From: Acinetobacter sp. UBA3106
Lineage (GTDB): Bacteria; Pseudomonadota; Gammaproteobacteria; Pseudomonadales; Moraxellaceae
NCBI RefSeq assembly: GCF_002365595.1
Contig: NZ_DFAM01000016.1
Strand: one strand, 5' to 3'
Length of the DNA: 64,000 nt
Shown: positions 45,975-56,142 of the stretch, piece by piece
Numbering within the stretch: position 1 is the stretch's first letter
Layout: every line of letters begins with the position of its first letter
Notes under the pieces: model-generated
What the model was told of the DNA's origin: nothing
The model's database searches: none
Seen by the model: only the letters and a program-made list of their open reading frames with translations
Program-made: the position numbers and the translations under genes

Positions 45975-47054
45975 TTAGTTCAATGCTGTTACCACAGCTT
46001 GACCCATTTCCACAGTGCCTACCTGAGTATTCCCTTCTGACATGATGTCGCCAGTACGTAAACCTTGATCCAGTACCTGACCTACAGCATCTTCAATGGC
46101 TTGTGCTGCTGCTTCTTCACGGAAGGTATAACGCAGCATCATTGCCACAGAAAGAATGGTAGCCAATGGATTGGCAATGTTTTGGCCTGCGATGTCTGGC
46201 GCTGAACCATGACATGGTTCATACATGCCTTTACCATTTTCATCCAGTGATGCAGATGGCAACATGCCAATAGAGCCTGTAAGCATTGCTGCTTCATCAG
46301 ACAGGATGTCACCGAACAGGTTACCGGTCACAATCACGTCAAACTGCTTAGGCGCGCGTACAAGCTGCATTGCCGCATTGTCGACATACATGTGTGACAG
46401 GTTGATCTCTGGATATTGCTCTTCTTTCAGTGCAGTCACTGTCTGTTTCCAAAGCTCAGTCACTTCAAGAACATTGGCTTTATCCACTGAACAGACCTTA
46501 CCGCCACGAAGACCAGCAAGTTCAAATGCAACTTTGGCAATACGTTTAATTTCAGATTCTGAATAAACGTCGGTATTGAAACCTTGCTTTTCACCATTTT
46601 CCAGTTCACGGATACCACGTGGCTGACCGAAGTAAATACCACCGGTGAGTTCACGCACAATCAAAATATCCAGGCCAGAAACGATTTCAGGTTTTAAGCT
46701 TGAAGCCCCAGCAAGTTGCGGGTAAAGAATCGCAGGACGCAAGTTTGCAAACAAATTTAATTCAGAACGGATTTTTAATAAACCACGTTCAGGACGAATT
46801 GAACGTTCAATCGTATCCCATTTTGGACCGCCAACAGCACCCAACAAAATTGCATCAGCAGTTTTTGCCTGTGCTGCTGTCACTGCAGGGTACGGTTCAC
46901 CATGCGCATCAATCGCAGCACCACCCAATAAACCCTGTTCCCAAGTCAAACCCAGATTAAATTTTTCATTCACGCGTGCAAGCACTTGTTCAGCTGCTTT
47001 TACGATTTCAGGACCAATACCATCACCTGGTAAAATCAAAATGTGTTTTGACAT
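45975..47054 (-). CDS. leuB: 3-isopropylmalate dehydrogenase
   Basis: [17 protein letters not shown]..., [10 protein letters not shown]. The ORF track extends 4 codons further, to 47066. Confidence 0.95.
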   Translation of the reverse strand: MSKHILILPGDGIGPEIVKAAEQVLARVNEKFNLGLTWEQGLLGGAAIDAHGEPYPAVTAAQAKTADAILLGAVGGPKWDTIERSIRPERGLLKIRSELNLFANLRPAILYPQLAGASSLKPEIVSGLDILIVRELTGGIYFGQPRGIRELENGEKQGFNTDVYSESEIKRIAKVAFELAGLRGGKVCSVDKANVLEVTELWKQTVTALKEEQYPEINLSHMYVDNAAMQLVRAPKQFDVIVTGNLFGDILSDEAAMLTGSIGMLPSASLDENGKGMYEPCHGSAPDIAGQNIANPLATILSVAMMLRYTFREEAAAQAIEDAVGQVLDQGLRTGDIMSEGNTQVGTVEMGQAVVTALN

Positions 47055-47098
47055 GAGTGTTTCCATTTATGAAGTCGATGCATTACATCAACGGGATT

Positions 47099-47662
47099 TT
47101 AAATTTTCTTTTCTACAAACTCACCCAGACCGGTTAAGGCATTATAGGGTCTGCAGAAACGTCGGATTGTCTTCTGGTCTTGTAGCAGATCTACACACAG
47201 CGGTTCAGGTGCAGATACATTTAACAAGCTGCCCTGCTGTTTATTGCGTTCACGATACATTTTAAATGTGTAATGCTGTTTCGCCTTAAACTGATGGAAA
47301 ACATGAAGCGTTTCCGCACGATCTTTGGAAATCGGATAAAAACGGATGACCAGTTCATGTTGCCCAGCTGGGACTGAAAGATATAACGCATTCGGCTGAC
47401 TTAAGGAGTTCGCCTGTAAACGTAAAATACCCGATTCAACTGCAGCGCTATTTACACGGCGCTGTACTGCATCAATAATTTGAATTTGATCTAAACGTTC
47501 AAATTCACAGTTTGCCGTACCGGAGCAGTAAATTAAGGCATTCGTTTTTGTACTTTCAGTTTCTTTTACATGTTTGATACGTACTGTATCAATGCCTTGG
47601 CATGCACTTAAGAATGCAACCATAAGGCCAATTACAACAAGCTGACTGTAAACCTTTGTCAT
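47099..47662 (-). CDS. Hypothetical lipoprotein between leuD and leuB
   Basis: MTKVYSQLVVIGLMVAFLSAC lipobox from the Met at 47662. The ORF track starts at 47695. Confidence 0.55.
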   Translation of the reverse strand: MTKVYSQLVVIGLMVAFLSACQGIDTVRIKHVKETESTKTNALIYCSGTANCEFERLDQIQIIDAVQRRVNSAAVESGILRLQANSLSQPNALYLSVPAGQHELVIRFYPISKDRAETLHVFHQFKAKQHYTFKMYRERNKQQGSLLNVSAPEPLCVDLLQDQKTIRRFCRPYNALTGLGEFVEKKI

Positions 47663-47767
47663 TGTTCGAGCCCAACCCTCACCAATTAAAGCCAACTAAA
47701 TATTTTTATGGATCCGATATTAGCAAGAGTTAGGCTTGGATACTACTAGCGCTGAAAATTCAAGTAA

Positions 47768-48418
47768 TTAACTGTGGATTTCCTGAAACACCCAAGGGCG
47801 TGATTGCTGGGTTTTTTCTTCATAAGCACGAATATCATCAGCAGCTTGTAAAGTTAAGCCAATATCATCCAAACCATTTAACAAGCAGTGTTTACGGAAC
47901 GGATCAACTTCAAATTTAAAGCTCTCACCCGATGGTGTACGTACTTCCTGCGCTTCCAGATCGATGGTTAACTGGTAACCTTCAGTGGCCGCACATTCTT
48001 TGAATAACTGATCGACGATCTCTTCCGACAGACTCACCGGCAACATGCCATTTTTAAAGCTGTTATTGAAGAAAATGTCGGCATAGCTTGGAGCAATTAC
48101 GGTACGGAAACCGTATTCATTCAAAGCCCATGGCGCATGCTCTCGGCTTGAACCACAACCAAAGTTGGCACGTGAAATTAAGACGGTGGCACCTTGATAA
48201 CGCGGCTGATTCAAAACGAAATCAGGATTTTTAGGACGTTTTGAGTTGTCCTGACCCGGATAGCCTTCATCCAAATAACGCAATTCATCAAATAAGTTGT
48301 CGCCAAAACCGGTACGTTTGATCGATTTCAAAAACTGTTTTGGAATAATTAAATCTGTATCGACATTGGCACGGTCTAATGGTGCAACGATACCTTGTTC
48401 AACGGCATATTTTTTCAT
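47768..48418 (-). CDS. leuD: 3-isopropylmalate dehydratase small subunit
   Basis: 216 aa with [12 protein letters not shown] and [15 protein letters not shown]. Confidence 0.95.
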   Translation of the reverse strand: MKKYAVEQGIVAPLDRANVDTDLIIPKQFLKSIKRTGFGDNLFDELRYLDEGYPGQDNSKRPKNPDFVLNQPRYQGATVLISRANFGCGSSREHAPWALNEYGFRTVIAPSYADIFFNNSFKNGMLPVSLSEEIVDQLFKECAATEGYQLTIDLEAQEVRTPSGESFKFEVDPFRKHCLLNGLDDIGLTLQAADDIRAYEEKTQQSRPWVFQEIHS

Positions 48419-48439
48419 TTTTTGCTCCCCTTAGCCCAA

Positions 48440-49873
48440 TTAGAATGAACGAACATCAACAAAGTGACCGGCGATGGCTGCGGCAGCTGCCATGGCTGGA
48501 CTCACCAAGTGAGTACGACCGCCATTGCCCTGACGACCTTCGAAGTTACGGTTAGAAGTTGAGGCACAGTGCTCGCCTGGCTGCAATTTATCGGCATTCA
48601 TCGCCAAACACATTGAGCAACCTGGCTCGCGCCATTCAAAGCCAGCTTCCAAGAATACTTGATCCAAGCCTTCAGCTTCAGCCTGCTGTTTCACCAAACC
48701 GGAACCCGGAACCACCATTGCCTGTTTAATTGAAGCAGCCACTTTACGGCCTTTAATCACTTCAGCAGCAGCACGAATATCTTCAATACGCGAATTGGTG
48801 CATGAACCGATAAATACGCGGTCTAACTGAATGTCTGCCAATGCCTGACCTGCATTTAAACCCATATATTGATAAGCACGGGTCCAGTCGTTACGTTGTA
48901 CGTCGTCTTTGGCCTGTTCCAAAGTCGGCACTGCTTCAGACACTGGAATCACCATCTCTGGCGATGTCCCCCAAGACACTTGCGGTTCGATCTCTTCGCC
49001 TTGCAATACCACAACGGTATCGAAATGTGCGCCTTCATCAGAGTGCAAGGTATTCCAGTAGGCTACAGCGGCATCCCACTGCTCACCTTTCGGTGCATAA
49101 TTACGGCCTTTGACATATTCAATGGTTTTGCCATCCACAGCCACCATACCGACACGTGCACCGGCTTCAATCGCCATGTTACATACGGTCATACGGCCTT
49201 CAATCGACATGTCACGAAATACTTGACCACCGAATTCAATCGCGTGACCCGTACCGCCCGCAGTACCAATTTTACCAATGATCGCTAAAACCACGTCTTT
49301 TGGTGTTACGCCCTGACCCAATTTACCGTCAACACGTACCAACATGTTTTTCATTTTCTTTTGAACCAAGCATTGGGTTGCCAATACATGTTCAACTTCT
49401 GAAGTCCCAATACCGTGCGCCAAACAGCCAAAGGCACCATGAGTTGCGGTATGCGAGTCACCACATACCACGGTCATGCCCGGCAAGGTTAAACCCTGCT
49501 CAGGACCGACCACATGGGCAATGCCTTGACGGATATCATTGATATCAAATTCAACAATATTGAAGGTTTTACAGTTGTCATCCAAGGTTTGCACCTGAAT
49601 ACGTGAAGTTGGATCTTCAATACCAGCAATACCCTGTTCACGTTCAGTTTTTGAAGTAGGCACGTTATGGTCTGGCGTTGCCACATTGGCACTTAAACGC
49701 CAAGGTTTACGGCCTGCAAGTTGCAAACCCTCAAAAGCTTGTGGTGAGGTTACTTCATGTAATAAATGACGATCGATATAAAGCAAGGCTGAACCATCAT
49801 CGCGTTGTTTTACTAAATGGTCATCCCACAATTTATCGTATAAAGTCTTTGCTTTTGGGGTATTGCCTGCCAT
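48440..49873 (-). CDS. leuC: 3-isopropylmalate dehydratase large subunit
   Basis: [11 protein letters not shown]..., with the Fe-S cluster Cys contexts CGDSHT, GSCTN and CSMCLAMN. The start chosen is MAGNTPKAK at 49873. Confidence 0.95.
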   Translation of the reverse strand: MAGNTPKAKTLYDKLWDDHLVKQRDDGSALLYIDRHLLHEVTSPQAFEGLQLAGRKPWRLSANVATPDHNVPTSKTEREQGIAGIEDPTSRIQVQTLDDNCKTFNIVEFDINDIRQGIAHVVGPEQGLTLPGMTVVCGDSHTATHGAFGCLAHGIGTSEVEHVLATQCLVQKKMKNMLVRVDGKLGQGVTPKDVVLAIIGKIGTAGGTGHAIEFGGQVFRDMSIEGRMTVCNMAIEAGARVGMVAVDGKTIEYVKGRNYAPKGEQWDAAVAYWNTLHSDEGAHFDTVVVLQGEEIEPQVSWGTSPEMVIPVSEAVPTLEQAKDDVQRNDWTRAYQYMGLNAGQALADIQLDRVFIGSCTNSRIEDIRAAAEVIKGRKVAASIKQAMVVPGSGLVKQQAEAEGLDQVFLEAGFEWREPGCSMCLAMNADKLQPGEHCASTSNRNFEGRQGNGGRTHLVSPAMAAAAAIAGHFVDVRSF

Positions 49874-50122
49874 GTCGACGCGCTCCATAGAACTGGGTAA
49901 TGCTTACATTAACTTCGATTATAACCACCTATTAACATAAATCTAATTTATCATTTTTATTAGTTTAAAAACTTTTTGGAATTAATTTTAACGCTATAAC
50001 ACCCTGTATTTTGGCAAAATCCCCTCTCTTCTGCTCTTAAGGCAGACAGCATTCTCCTTATGATCAGGCTGGTTAAATCAAAGTCTCTAGAATGCTTGAG
50101 CAGGAAATTCAAAATTCCGAAT

Positions 50123-50314
50123 TTAGCCTGATGGATTTTCTTTCGCGGCTATAAGCTGTTCAATCGCCCGGATGAGTTCTGCTTTCGCTGCGCCGCATTC
50201 AGCCGCTGCATGATTTTCATCATCTTCATCATCGGCAATTTCATAGACCTGACTGCGTTTTTCCACCGCTTCCTCAAAAATATCAAGAAGGTATTTAATG
50301 TGTTTAATATCCAT
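50123..50314 (-). CDS. Small acidic hypothetical protein (63 aa)
   Basis: ATG at 50314 (MDIKHIKYL...) with AGGGTG 7 nt upstream. The ORF track uses the GTG at 50323. No homology is recognised. Confidence 0.4.
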   Translation of the reverse strand: MDIKHIKYLLDIFEEAVEKRSQVYEIADDEDDENHAAAECGAAKAELIRAIEQLIAAKENPSG

Positions 50315-50512
50315 AATGTTCACCCTGTTAGAAAAGTATCTCTAGAAAATAGCTCTAAGCGATACCATTCCCCTGTTGTTTATGAATTATGAGGTTTAAC
50401 CAGCCAATAATTCATAAAACCGATTAAAAATATAAAAATGTTCGTTTTTACAAATCAAATAAGACTGATTATCATTTAACCATATCCCGAGGCAAAGATT
50501 GAGGAACAACCC

Positions 50513-50755
50513 ATGGCTCATATTCAAAAATTTGTTGATAACAACCAGCGTATGTTTAAAAAAACCTTTAGCTATTACATTATGCACATCACCATTGCCA
50601 TGTTGGTCGGTTATTTCGTGACAGGAAGTATCTGGATGGCAGTGACCTTGAGTTTGCTTGAACCGACGATTCAGGCGATCGCTTTCTTCTTTCATGAAAA
50701 AATCTGGGAAGCCAAACCGGCGAAAGTGCAAAACAGCAATAACGCAGCCATCTAA
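50513..50755 (+). CDS. DUF2061-family small membrane protein
   Basis: Two TM helices and the C-terminal FFFHEKIWE (family motif HER.W). GAGGAA SD. It is preferred over the antisense 111-aa ORF. Confidence 0.65.
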   Translation: MAHIQKFVDNNQRMFKKTFSYYIMHITIAMLVGYFVTGSIWMAVTLSLLEPTIQAIAFFFHEKIWEAKPAKVQNSNNAAI

Positions 50756-50808
50756 ATATTTGCCAAGCTAGAAAAATATCATGGGTTCCGGTTTTTCACT
50801 TTACAAGG

Positions 50809-50838
50809 ATCACTTCATTCACATGAGGTGATTTTTTT
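50809..50838 (+). terminator. Rho-independent terminator
   Basis: atcacttcat-tcac-atgaggtgat followed by ttttttt. Confidence 0.75.
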
Positions 50839-50958
50839 ATTTCCTGCTTTAAGTTCACATCCGTATACATTTTTTAAGGTCTTTTTAAAGATTAAGCCCC
50901 CATTTAATATAAAAATATTTTATAATTATTTGAATTTCATATAACCAGATATCTCCTT

Positions 50959-51831
50959 ATGAATCTTGCTGCCTTTGAAGCCTTTATTAAAGTCATGGAA
51001 ACAGGTTCTATTTCTATGGCCGCTGATCTATTGTTTATTACCCAGCCTGCTGTGACCAAAAGGATTCATAGTCTGGAAGAATATTTTGGCGTGAAACTGT
51101 TTGAGTCGGCCGGTCGTGGTGTTCAGGCCACCCATGCAGCACACTCTTTATTGCCAAAAGTGAAAAACTGGTTAAATGAACTGGGCGATATTCATCATAC
51201 CCTCAGTCACGAACAGGAACAGGTGCAAGGCAAGCTGAAAATTGGCACCAGTCACCATATTGGTTTGCATCATCTACCCCAGCACCTGCGCAATTATGTA
51301 CAAAAATTCCCGGATGTGACTTTAGATGTACATTTTGTTGACTCGGAACAGGCGCATGAGCAGGTACTGGCCGGTGACCTGGAGCTGGCATTTCTGACCC
51401 TTCCGCCGCAAGGTGATGAACGCCTGAGTTACGTGACCATCTGGAATGATCCGCTGGTGTTTGTGGCAGCACCTTTTCATCCGCTGGCGCAAAAAAAACA
51501 TTTGAGTCTGGAAGATCTGGTCCAGTACCCGAGCTTATTGCCAGCATCACAAACCTATACCACGCAAATCACCTTGGCCGAGTTTGAAAAGCAAGGGGTG
51601 AAACCGAAAATTACCATGAGCAATAATCCACTGGAATCAATCCGCATGCTGGTTTCGATTGGCCTGGGATGGTCGGTATTACCAAAAACCTTGCTGAATC
51701 AGGAACTGCAACTGCTGGATATTAATGTGCAAATGAACCGTCAACTCGGCATGGTTTGGCATCCGGGTCGTACCCAGTCACGTGCGGTACAAGAACTGGT
51801 GGCCATGATGAGAAACGCCCATCCCTACTAA
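50959..51831 (+). CDS. LysR-family transcriptional regulator
   Basis: N-terminal HTH (FIKVMETGSISMAADLLFITQPAVTKRIHSLE) plus a LysR substrate-binding domain. Confidence 0.85.
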   Translation: MNLAAFEAFIKVMETGSISMAADLLFITQPAVTKRIHSLEEYFGVKLFESAGRGVQATHAAHSLLPKVKNWLNELGDIHHTLSHEQEQVQGKLKIGTSHHIGLHHLPQHLRNYVQKFPDVTLDVHFVDSEQAHEQVLAGDLELAFLTLPPQGDERLSYVTIWNDPLVFVAAPFHPLAQKKHLSLEDLVQYPSLLPASQTYTTQITLAEFEKQGVKPKITMSNNPLESIRMLVSIGLGWSVLPKTLLNQELQLLDINVQMNRQLGMVWHPGRTQSRAVQELVAMMRNAHPY

Positions 51832-51842
51832 AATCTGCTTTA

Positions 51843-51873
51843 GTGCTGCATCTGCCTGGATGCAGCATTTTGT
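51843..51873 (+). terminator. Terminator between the LysR gene and ovoA
   Basis: tgctgcatc-tgcctg-gatgcagca followed by ttttgtt. Confidence 0.65.
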
Positions 51874-51963
51874 TACCTAAATCCTCAGTACAGGGGCATG
51901 GCTTTCGAGTACTTTTAAATAAAACACATAAAACATGATGTTTTAAATGTGTAAAAGAAATCG

Positions 51964-54165
51964 ATGGAGTGTGACCCTATGTTGAGGGATTCATTATCTG
52001 TACTATCTCAAAAAGACCAATCTGTAGCTTCTACTCATCATTCCGGCGTGTGGCAAAATGCGAAAATTACGTTGCTGCCGACTCCTCATTTAAATTTTCC
52101 TGACGAAGCAACTGCACGACATACTTTGCGTGATTATTTCCTCAATACGTTCGACAGCTATGAACGGCTGTTTGACTGTCTAAAAAATGATGAAGCCTAT
52201 TACCTCCAGTCCATTTCCTTACGCCATCCGCTGATTTTTTATTTTGGTCATACGGCGACCTTTTTTATCAATAAACTGCTTCTGAGCAAACTGATTCGTG
52301 AACGTTTGAACCCGCAGCTGGAAAGTATTTTTGCTGTCGGGGTCGATGAAATGAGCTGGGATGACTTGAATGAGCAGCATTATGACTGGCCGAGTGTAGA
52401 CGAAGTCCGTGCTTATCGTACGCAGGTACGGACACTGGTACTGAATCTGCTTGAACATGCGCCTCTTACTTTACCGCTGGACTGGAACCATCCGTGGTGG
52501 TCGATCATCATGGGGATTGAACATGAGCGGATTCATCTTGAAACATCATCAGTGCTGATTCGCCAGCACCAGCTGGACTATGTCTACAATCATCCGCAGT
52601 GGCGTGCCAAGGTTATGACTGGAGTTGCTCCAGAAAATGTCCTGCTTGCTGTGCCTGCAGGACAAGTCCGTCTGAACAAAAATTTCAACAGTAGCTTTTA
52701 TGGCTGGGACAATGAATATGGCCTGCATCAGGTGGATGTTCCCGCTTTTGAGGCTTCACAACATCTGGTGTCCAATCAGGCATTCTTGAGTTTTGTCGAA
52801 GATGGCGGGTATGCAACCGATCGTTACTGGACCGCAGAAGGACAAGCTTGGCTGAAATTTTCGCAAGCTGTGCATCCCAGTTTTTGGCGAAAAACCCCGG
52901 AAGGCTGGTTACTGCGTATTATGCTGGAAGAAATTTCCATGCCTTGGGACTGGCCGGTCGAAGTGAATTATCTTGAAGCCAAAGCTTTTTGTCAGTGGAA
53001 AGCCGAAAAAACCGGTCAAAACATTCGCTTGCCCACAGAAGATGAGTGGTATCGGCTTTACGACGTGGCAGGTTTAGATCCTGAGCTACCTAGTCCTGAA
53101 CAGGCCAATATCGAACTGAAATATGGCACCAGTCCCTGCCCGGTCAATCATTTTCAGCAAGGCGATTTCTTTGATATTCAGGGCAATGTCTGGCAATGGA
53201 CTGAAACTCCGATTTACCCTTTTGACGGTTTTCAGGTGCATCCGATCTATGATGATTTCAGCACCCCAACTTTTGACGGGCAACATAATTTAATCAAAGG
53301 TGGTTCCTGGATTTCGGCTGGCAATGAAGCTTTGCATAGTTCACGTTATGCCTTCCGCCGGCATTTCTTCCAGCATGCTGGATTCCGCTATGTTGCCGCC
53401 TCCCAAGAGCTGAAGCAGTTTCAATCGCAGTATGAAACTGACCAGATGATCTCGCAATATTTGGAATTTCAGTACGGTGCAGAATATTTTAATGTCCCCA
53501 ATTTTGCCCAAAGCCTGATTCACCTTGCACGGCCTTATTTTAAGGATATTGCGACCGAGAAGGCATTAGATATCGGATGTGCCACAGGTCGTGCCAGCTT
53601 TGAACTGGCAGCTTATTTTAATCAGGTCACAGGACTAGATTTTTCCGCACGCTTTATTCAGCAAGCGGCACAACTGGCGCAAGGCGAAACGCTACGTTAT
53701 ACCCTGCCTGTTGAAGGTGAACTGGTCGAATATCAAGCCTGCAACTTAAAAGAACTGGGGCTGGATGCACATGCGAATCGAGTGGAGTTTTTTCAGGCCG
53801 ATGCCTGCAATTTAAAACCGCACTTTAGCAATTACAATTTTATTCTGGCTGCCAATTTGATTGACCGCCTGCATCATCCGAAAGATTTTTTAGCCTCTAT
53901 TCATCAACGCTTAACTCTGGGCGGCATTTTAATGCTGACCTCCCCTTATACCTGGCTAGAAGAACATACGGCGCGCCATGAATGGCTCGGCGGTTTTAAA
54001 AAAGATGGCGAAAACTTCACTACGCTGGAGGGCATGACTGAACTGTTACAAGCGCATTTTGAAATGCTCGCTGAACCTCAGGATGTCGCCTTTGTCATAC
54101 GTGAAACCGCGCGTAAGTATCAGCATACCTTGTCTCAAGTAACACTATGGAAACGGGTGAGATAA
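51964..54165 (+). CDS. ovoA: OvoA-type 5-histidylcysteine sulfoxide synthase fused to a SAM-dependent methyltransferase (ovothiol biosynthesis)
   Basis: DinB-like N-domain (RHPLIFYFGHTATFFINK), iron motif HX3HXE (EHERIHLE), FGE-sulfatase/EgtB-like GNVWQWTETP, and a C-terminal methyltransferase motif I (LDIGCATGRAS). At 733 aa it is the size I recall for OvoA. Confidence 0.8.
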   Translation: MECDPMLRDSLSVLSQKDQSVASTHHSGVWQNAKITLLPTPHLNFPDEATARHTLRDYFLNTFDSYERLFDCLKNDEAYYLQSISLRHPLIFYFGHTATFFINKLLLSKLIRERLNPQLESIFAVGVDEMSWDDLNEQHYDWPSVDEVRAYRTQVRTLVLNLLEHAPLTLPLDWNHPWWSIIMGIEHERIHLETSSVLIRQHQLDYVYNHPQWRAKVMTGVAPENVLLAVPAGQVRLNKNFNSSFYGWDNEYGLHQVDVPAFEASQHLVSNQAFLSFVEDGGYATDRYWTAEGQAWLKFSQAVHPSFWRKTPEGWLLRIMLEEISMPWDWPVEVNYLEAKAFCQWKAEKTGQNIRLPTEDEWYRLYDVAGLDPELPSPEQANIELKYGTSPCPVNHFQQGDFFDIQGNVWQWTETPIYPFDGFQVHPIYDDFSTPTFDGQHNLIKGGSWISAGNEALHSSRYAFRRHFFQHAGFRYVAASQELKQFQSQYETDQMISQYLEFQYGAEYFNVPNFAQSLIHLARPYFKDIATEKALDIGCATGRASFELAAYFNQVTGLDFSARFIQQAAQLAQGETLRYTLPVEGELVEYQACNLKELGLDAHANRVEFFQADACNLKPHFSNYNFILAANLIDRLHHPKDFLASIHQRLTLGGILMLTSPYTWLEEHTARHEWLGGFKKDGENFTTLEGMTELLQAHFEMLAEPQDVAFVIRETARKYQHTLSQVTLWKRVR

Positions 54166-54175
54166 AGCACTTTCC

Positions 54176-54207
54176 AAAAAAAAAGCCAATCTGCTGATTG
54201 GCTTTTT
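54176..54207. terminator. Bidirectional terminator (ovoA / DUF2789 gene)
   Basis: aaaaaaaaagccaatc-tgct-gattggcttttt. Confidence 0.85.
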
Positions 54208-54219
54208 CGGTTTTAATCT

Positions 54220-54465
54220 TTATTGAGTCACTGAATCTTCATGCAAAGATTCATTCAGCTGGTCGACAATAATCGCCCATGAGCCATCGGACTTTAGCTT
54301 TTCTGCTAAAAACTGGCGCTGTGCATCAGTCCAAAATTCTGCTTCAGTAATTTTGGTATGAGCATTCAGTTGATGTGTGGCAATAAACAGGGCGATCGCT
54401 TCTTCACTGGAGTCTAGTCCCAGCTGCTCAAAAAGATTGGTCATTCTTGGACGTGTTTGGCTCAT
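54220..54465 (-). CDS. DUF2789-family small protein
   Basis: NLFEQLGLDSSEEAIALFIATHQL...FWTDAQRQFLAE...WAIIVDQLN matches the DUF2789 pattern as I recall it. Confidence 0.6.
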   Translation of the reverse strand: MSQTRPRMTNLFEQLGLDSSEEAIALFIATHQLNAHTKITEAEFWTDAQRQFLAEKLKSDGSWAIIVDQLNESLHEDSVTQ

Positions 54466-54744
54466 TTTGATCTCCCGTTCTTCCCGCTAAAGTTTAATTT
54501 TTTATCAGTACCAGCCATGATTTTCATTTCTAATATACGACAAAGGCATAATGATAGTAAGGGTTATTTTATGCTTGCATAGTCGGTATCAAACATGCAA
54601 CCCGGTTCAGCAAATCGGTTGCAATCTCCCTGAAAAATGGAAGAATTTCAGCACAGTTTTATTTTTCTTTTTTTTATTTTTAACGTCTAAAATAGGCAGA
54701 GCCACGATATTCCTCACGACTCTGCCCTCACTCAAAAAAACAGG

Positions 54745-55395
54745 CTAAATCGACCAGTCCTGAATTTCCCAGTTTTGCGCTTTGGCTAAAGTCTCTAGAC
54801 GCTCGTCCGGATTGACCGCAATGGCATGATCGGCATATTCCAATAAGAAACGGTCATTGAATGAATCTGAGTATGCCCATGATTCATCAATATTACGGCC
54901 TTCAAGCCATTGTTCCAAGCGAATCAATTTACCTTTTTGATAGCACGCGGTATTGATGACTTTACCGGTATATTTACCATTTACCATTTCTGCATTGGTG
55001 GCAATAATTTCAGTAATGCCAAACTCGTGAAAAATAGGCGCAGTAATAAAATCAGACGTTGCAGTAATCCCGACCAGCTCATGTCCGGCATCGCGGTGCT
55101 TTTCAATGGCAGCAAAACCTTCAGGGCGCATTTGTGGACGAATCACTTTTTTCATGAACAATTCATGTAATTCGGTCAAATATTGATTGTCATGCTGGGT
55201 TAAAAACTCAAATACAAATTCGTTATAGGCAATCGGGTCAAGTTGCCCTGCTTTATAGTCCTCATAAAATTTGTCATTCATTTGACGATGTCGGATTGGA
55301 TCGACTAAACCTTCGTTTACTAAAAACTCACCCCATGAATAATCTGAATCGGTATTGAGTAGGGTGTGGTCGAGGTCAAATAAAGCCAATTTCAT
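54745..55395 (-). CDS. HAD-IB family hydrolase (SerB-like phosphatase)
   Basis: Motif I is LFDLDHTL. The fold is HAD with a cap domain. Motif IV is SDSFND. Confidence 0.8.
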   Translation of the reverse strand: MKLALFDLDHTLLNTDSDYSWGEFLVNEGLVDPIRHRQMNDKFYEDYKAGQLDPIAYNEFVFEFLTQHDNQYLTELHELFMKKVIRPQMRPEGFAAIEKHRDAGHELVGITATSDFITAPIFHEFGITEIIATNAEMVNGKYTGKVINTACYQKGKLIRLEQWLEGRNIDESWAYSDSFNDRFLLEYADHAIAVNPDERLETLAKAQNWEIQDWSI

Positions 55396-55577
55396 GAAAA
55401 TACTCGTAAAAACTGCAATTTAAGAAAAAAATTGTAAATCTATCTCCGCTAGTCGATAGAAATTCGTTAAGATCATAGCAATTTTTAACATTTAAGCTGT
55501 GCTTTTTTTCGAGATGGATATAGAAATAACAATCCCCGTAGAAAAAGTCATACATTACACAAAATTTAGGTAGCCAA

Positions 55578-56060
55578 ATGATCGACTCAGAAGGTTTCCG
55601 ACCGAATGTCGGGATCATTTTGGCAAACGACATTGGACAAGTTTTATGGGCAAAACGCATTGGACACAATGCTTGGCAATTTCCACAAGGAGGGATCCAG
55701 TATGGAGAATCCCCCGAACAGGCACTTTACCGTGAGCTGAGAGAAGAAGTTGGTTTATTGCCCGAACATGTTCAAATTGTAGCGCAAACAAAAGGTTGGC
55801 TGCGTTATCGTTTGCCGCAACGGTATATACGCTCGGATTCAGACCCGGTGTGTATTGGTCAAAAACAGAAGTGGTTTTTACTGAAGCTGACAGCACCAGC
55901 AAAAAATATTCAGCTGGATTTGTCTGACCCACCTGAGTTTGACCAGTGGCAATGGGTAAGTTATTGGTACCCATTAGGCCAGGTCGTGAATTTTAAACGC
56001 GATGTATACCGAAAGGCGATGGTAGAACTGTGTCATCAGTTACCTTCCATCCAGGTATAA
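55578..56060 (+). CDS. rppH: RNA pyrophosphohydrolase (Nudix)
   Basis: [15 protein letters not shown]... with Nudix box [23 protein letters not shown]. It lies upstream of ptsP, as in other Gammaproteobacteria. Confidence 0.9.
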   Translation: MIDSEGFRPNVGIILANDIGQVLWAKRIGHNAWQFPQGGIQYGESPEQALYRELREEVGLLPEHVQIVAQTKGWLRYRLPQRYIRSDSDPVCIGQKQKWFLLKLTAPAKNIQLDLSDPPEFDQWQWVSYWYPLGQVVNFKRDVYRKAMVELCHQLPSIQV

Positions 56061-56142
56061 AAAATTGCATGAAAAGGCAGATTTTTTAGTAGCAAGTTGT
56101 TATAAATAAAAACAGTTTTAAACTTATTGTGGAGCAGATTTT

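Noticed and set aside
48841-49288. Plus-strand ORFs of 90 and 139 aa inside leuC
   Set aside because: They are antisense to leuC, which has its Fe-S cluster Cys motifs intact.
49960-50052. 30-codon minus-strand ORF with an AAGGAGA SD upstream of leuC, considered as a leucine leader peptide
   Set aside because: Only 3 scattered Leu codons and no Leu run. No alternative terminator/antiterminator pair is evident. So there is no support for enterobacterial-type leu attenuation.
50396-50731. 111-aa minus-strand ORF opposite the DUF2061 gene
   Set aside because: The plus-strand ORF has a good SD, two TM helices and the family HE(K/R)xW motif. The minus-strand ORF has none of these.
54551-54748. 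65-aa plus-strand ORF in the spacer before the HAD gene
   Set aside because: It is a T-run-rich low-complexity translation (FFFFLFL). It also contains the stem-loop at 54695-54726 that probably terminates the HAD gene on the other strand.
55376-55669. 97-aa minus-strand ORF between the HAD hydrolase and rppH
   Set aside because: It overlaps the starts of both flanking genes and runs through their shared promoter region. Its sequence is not protein-like.
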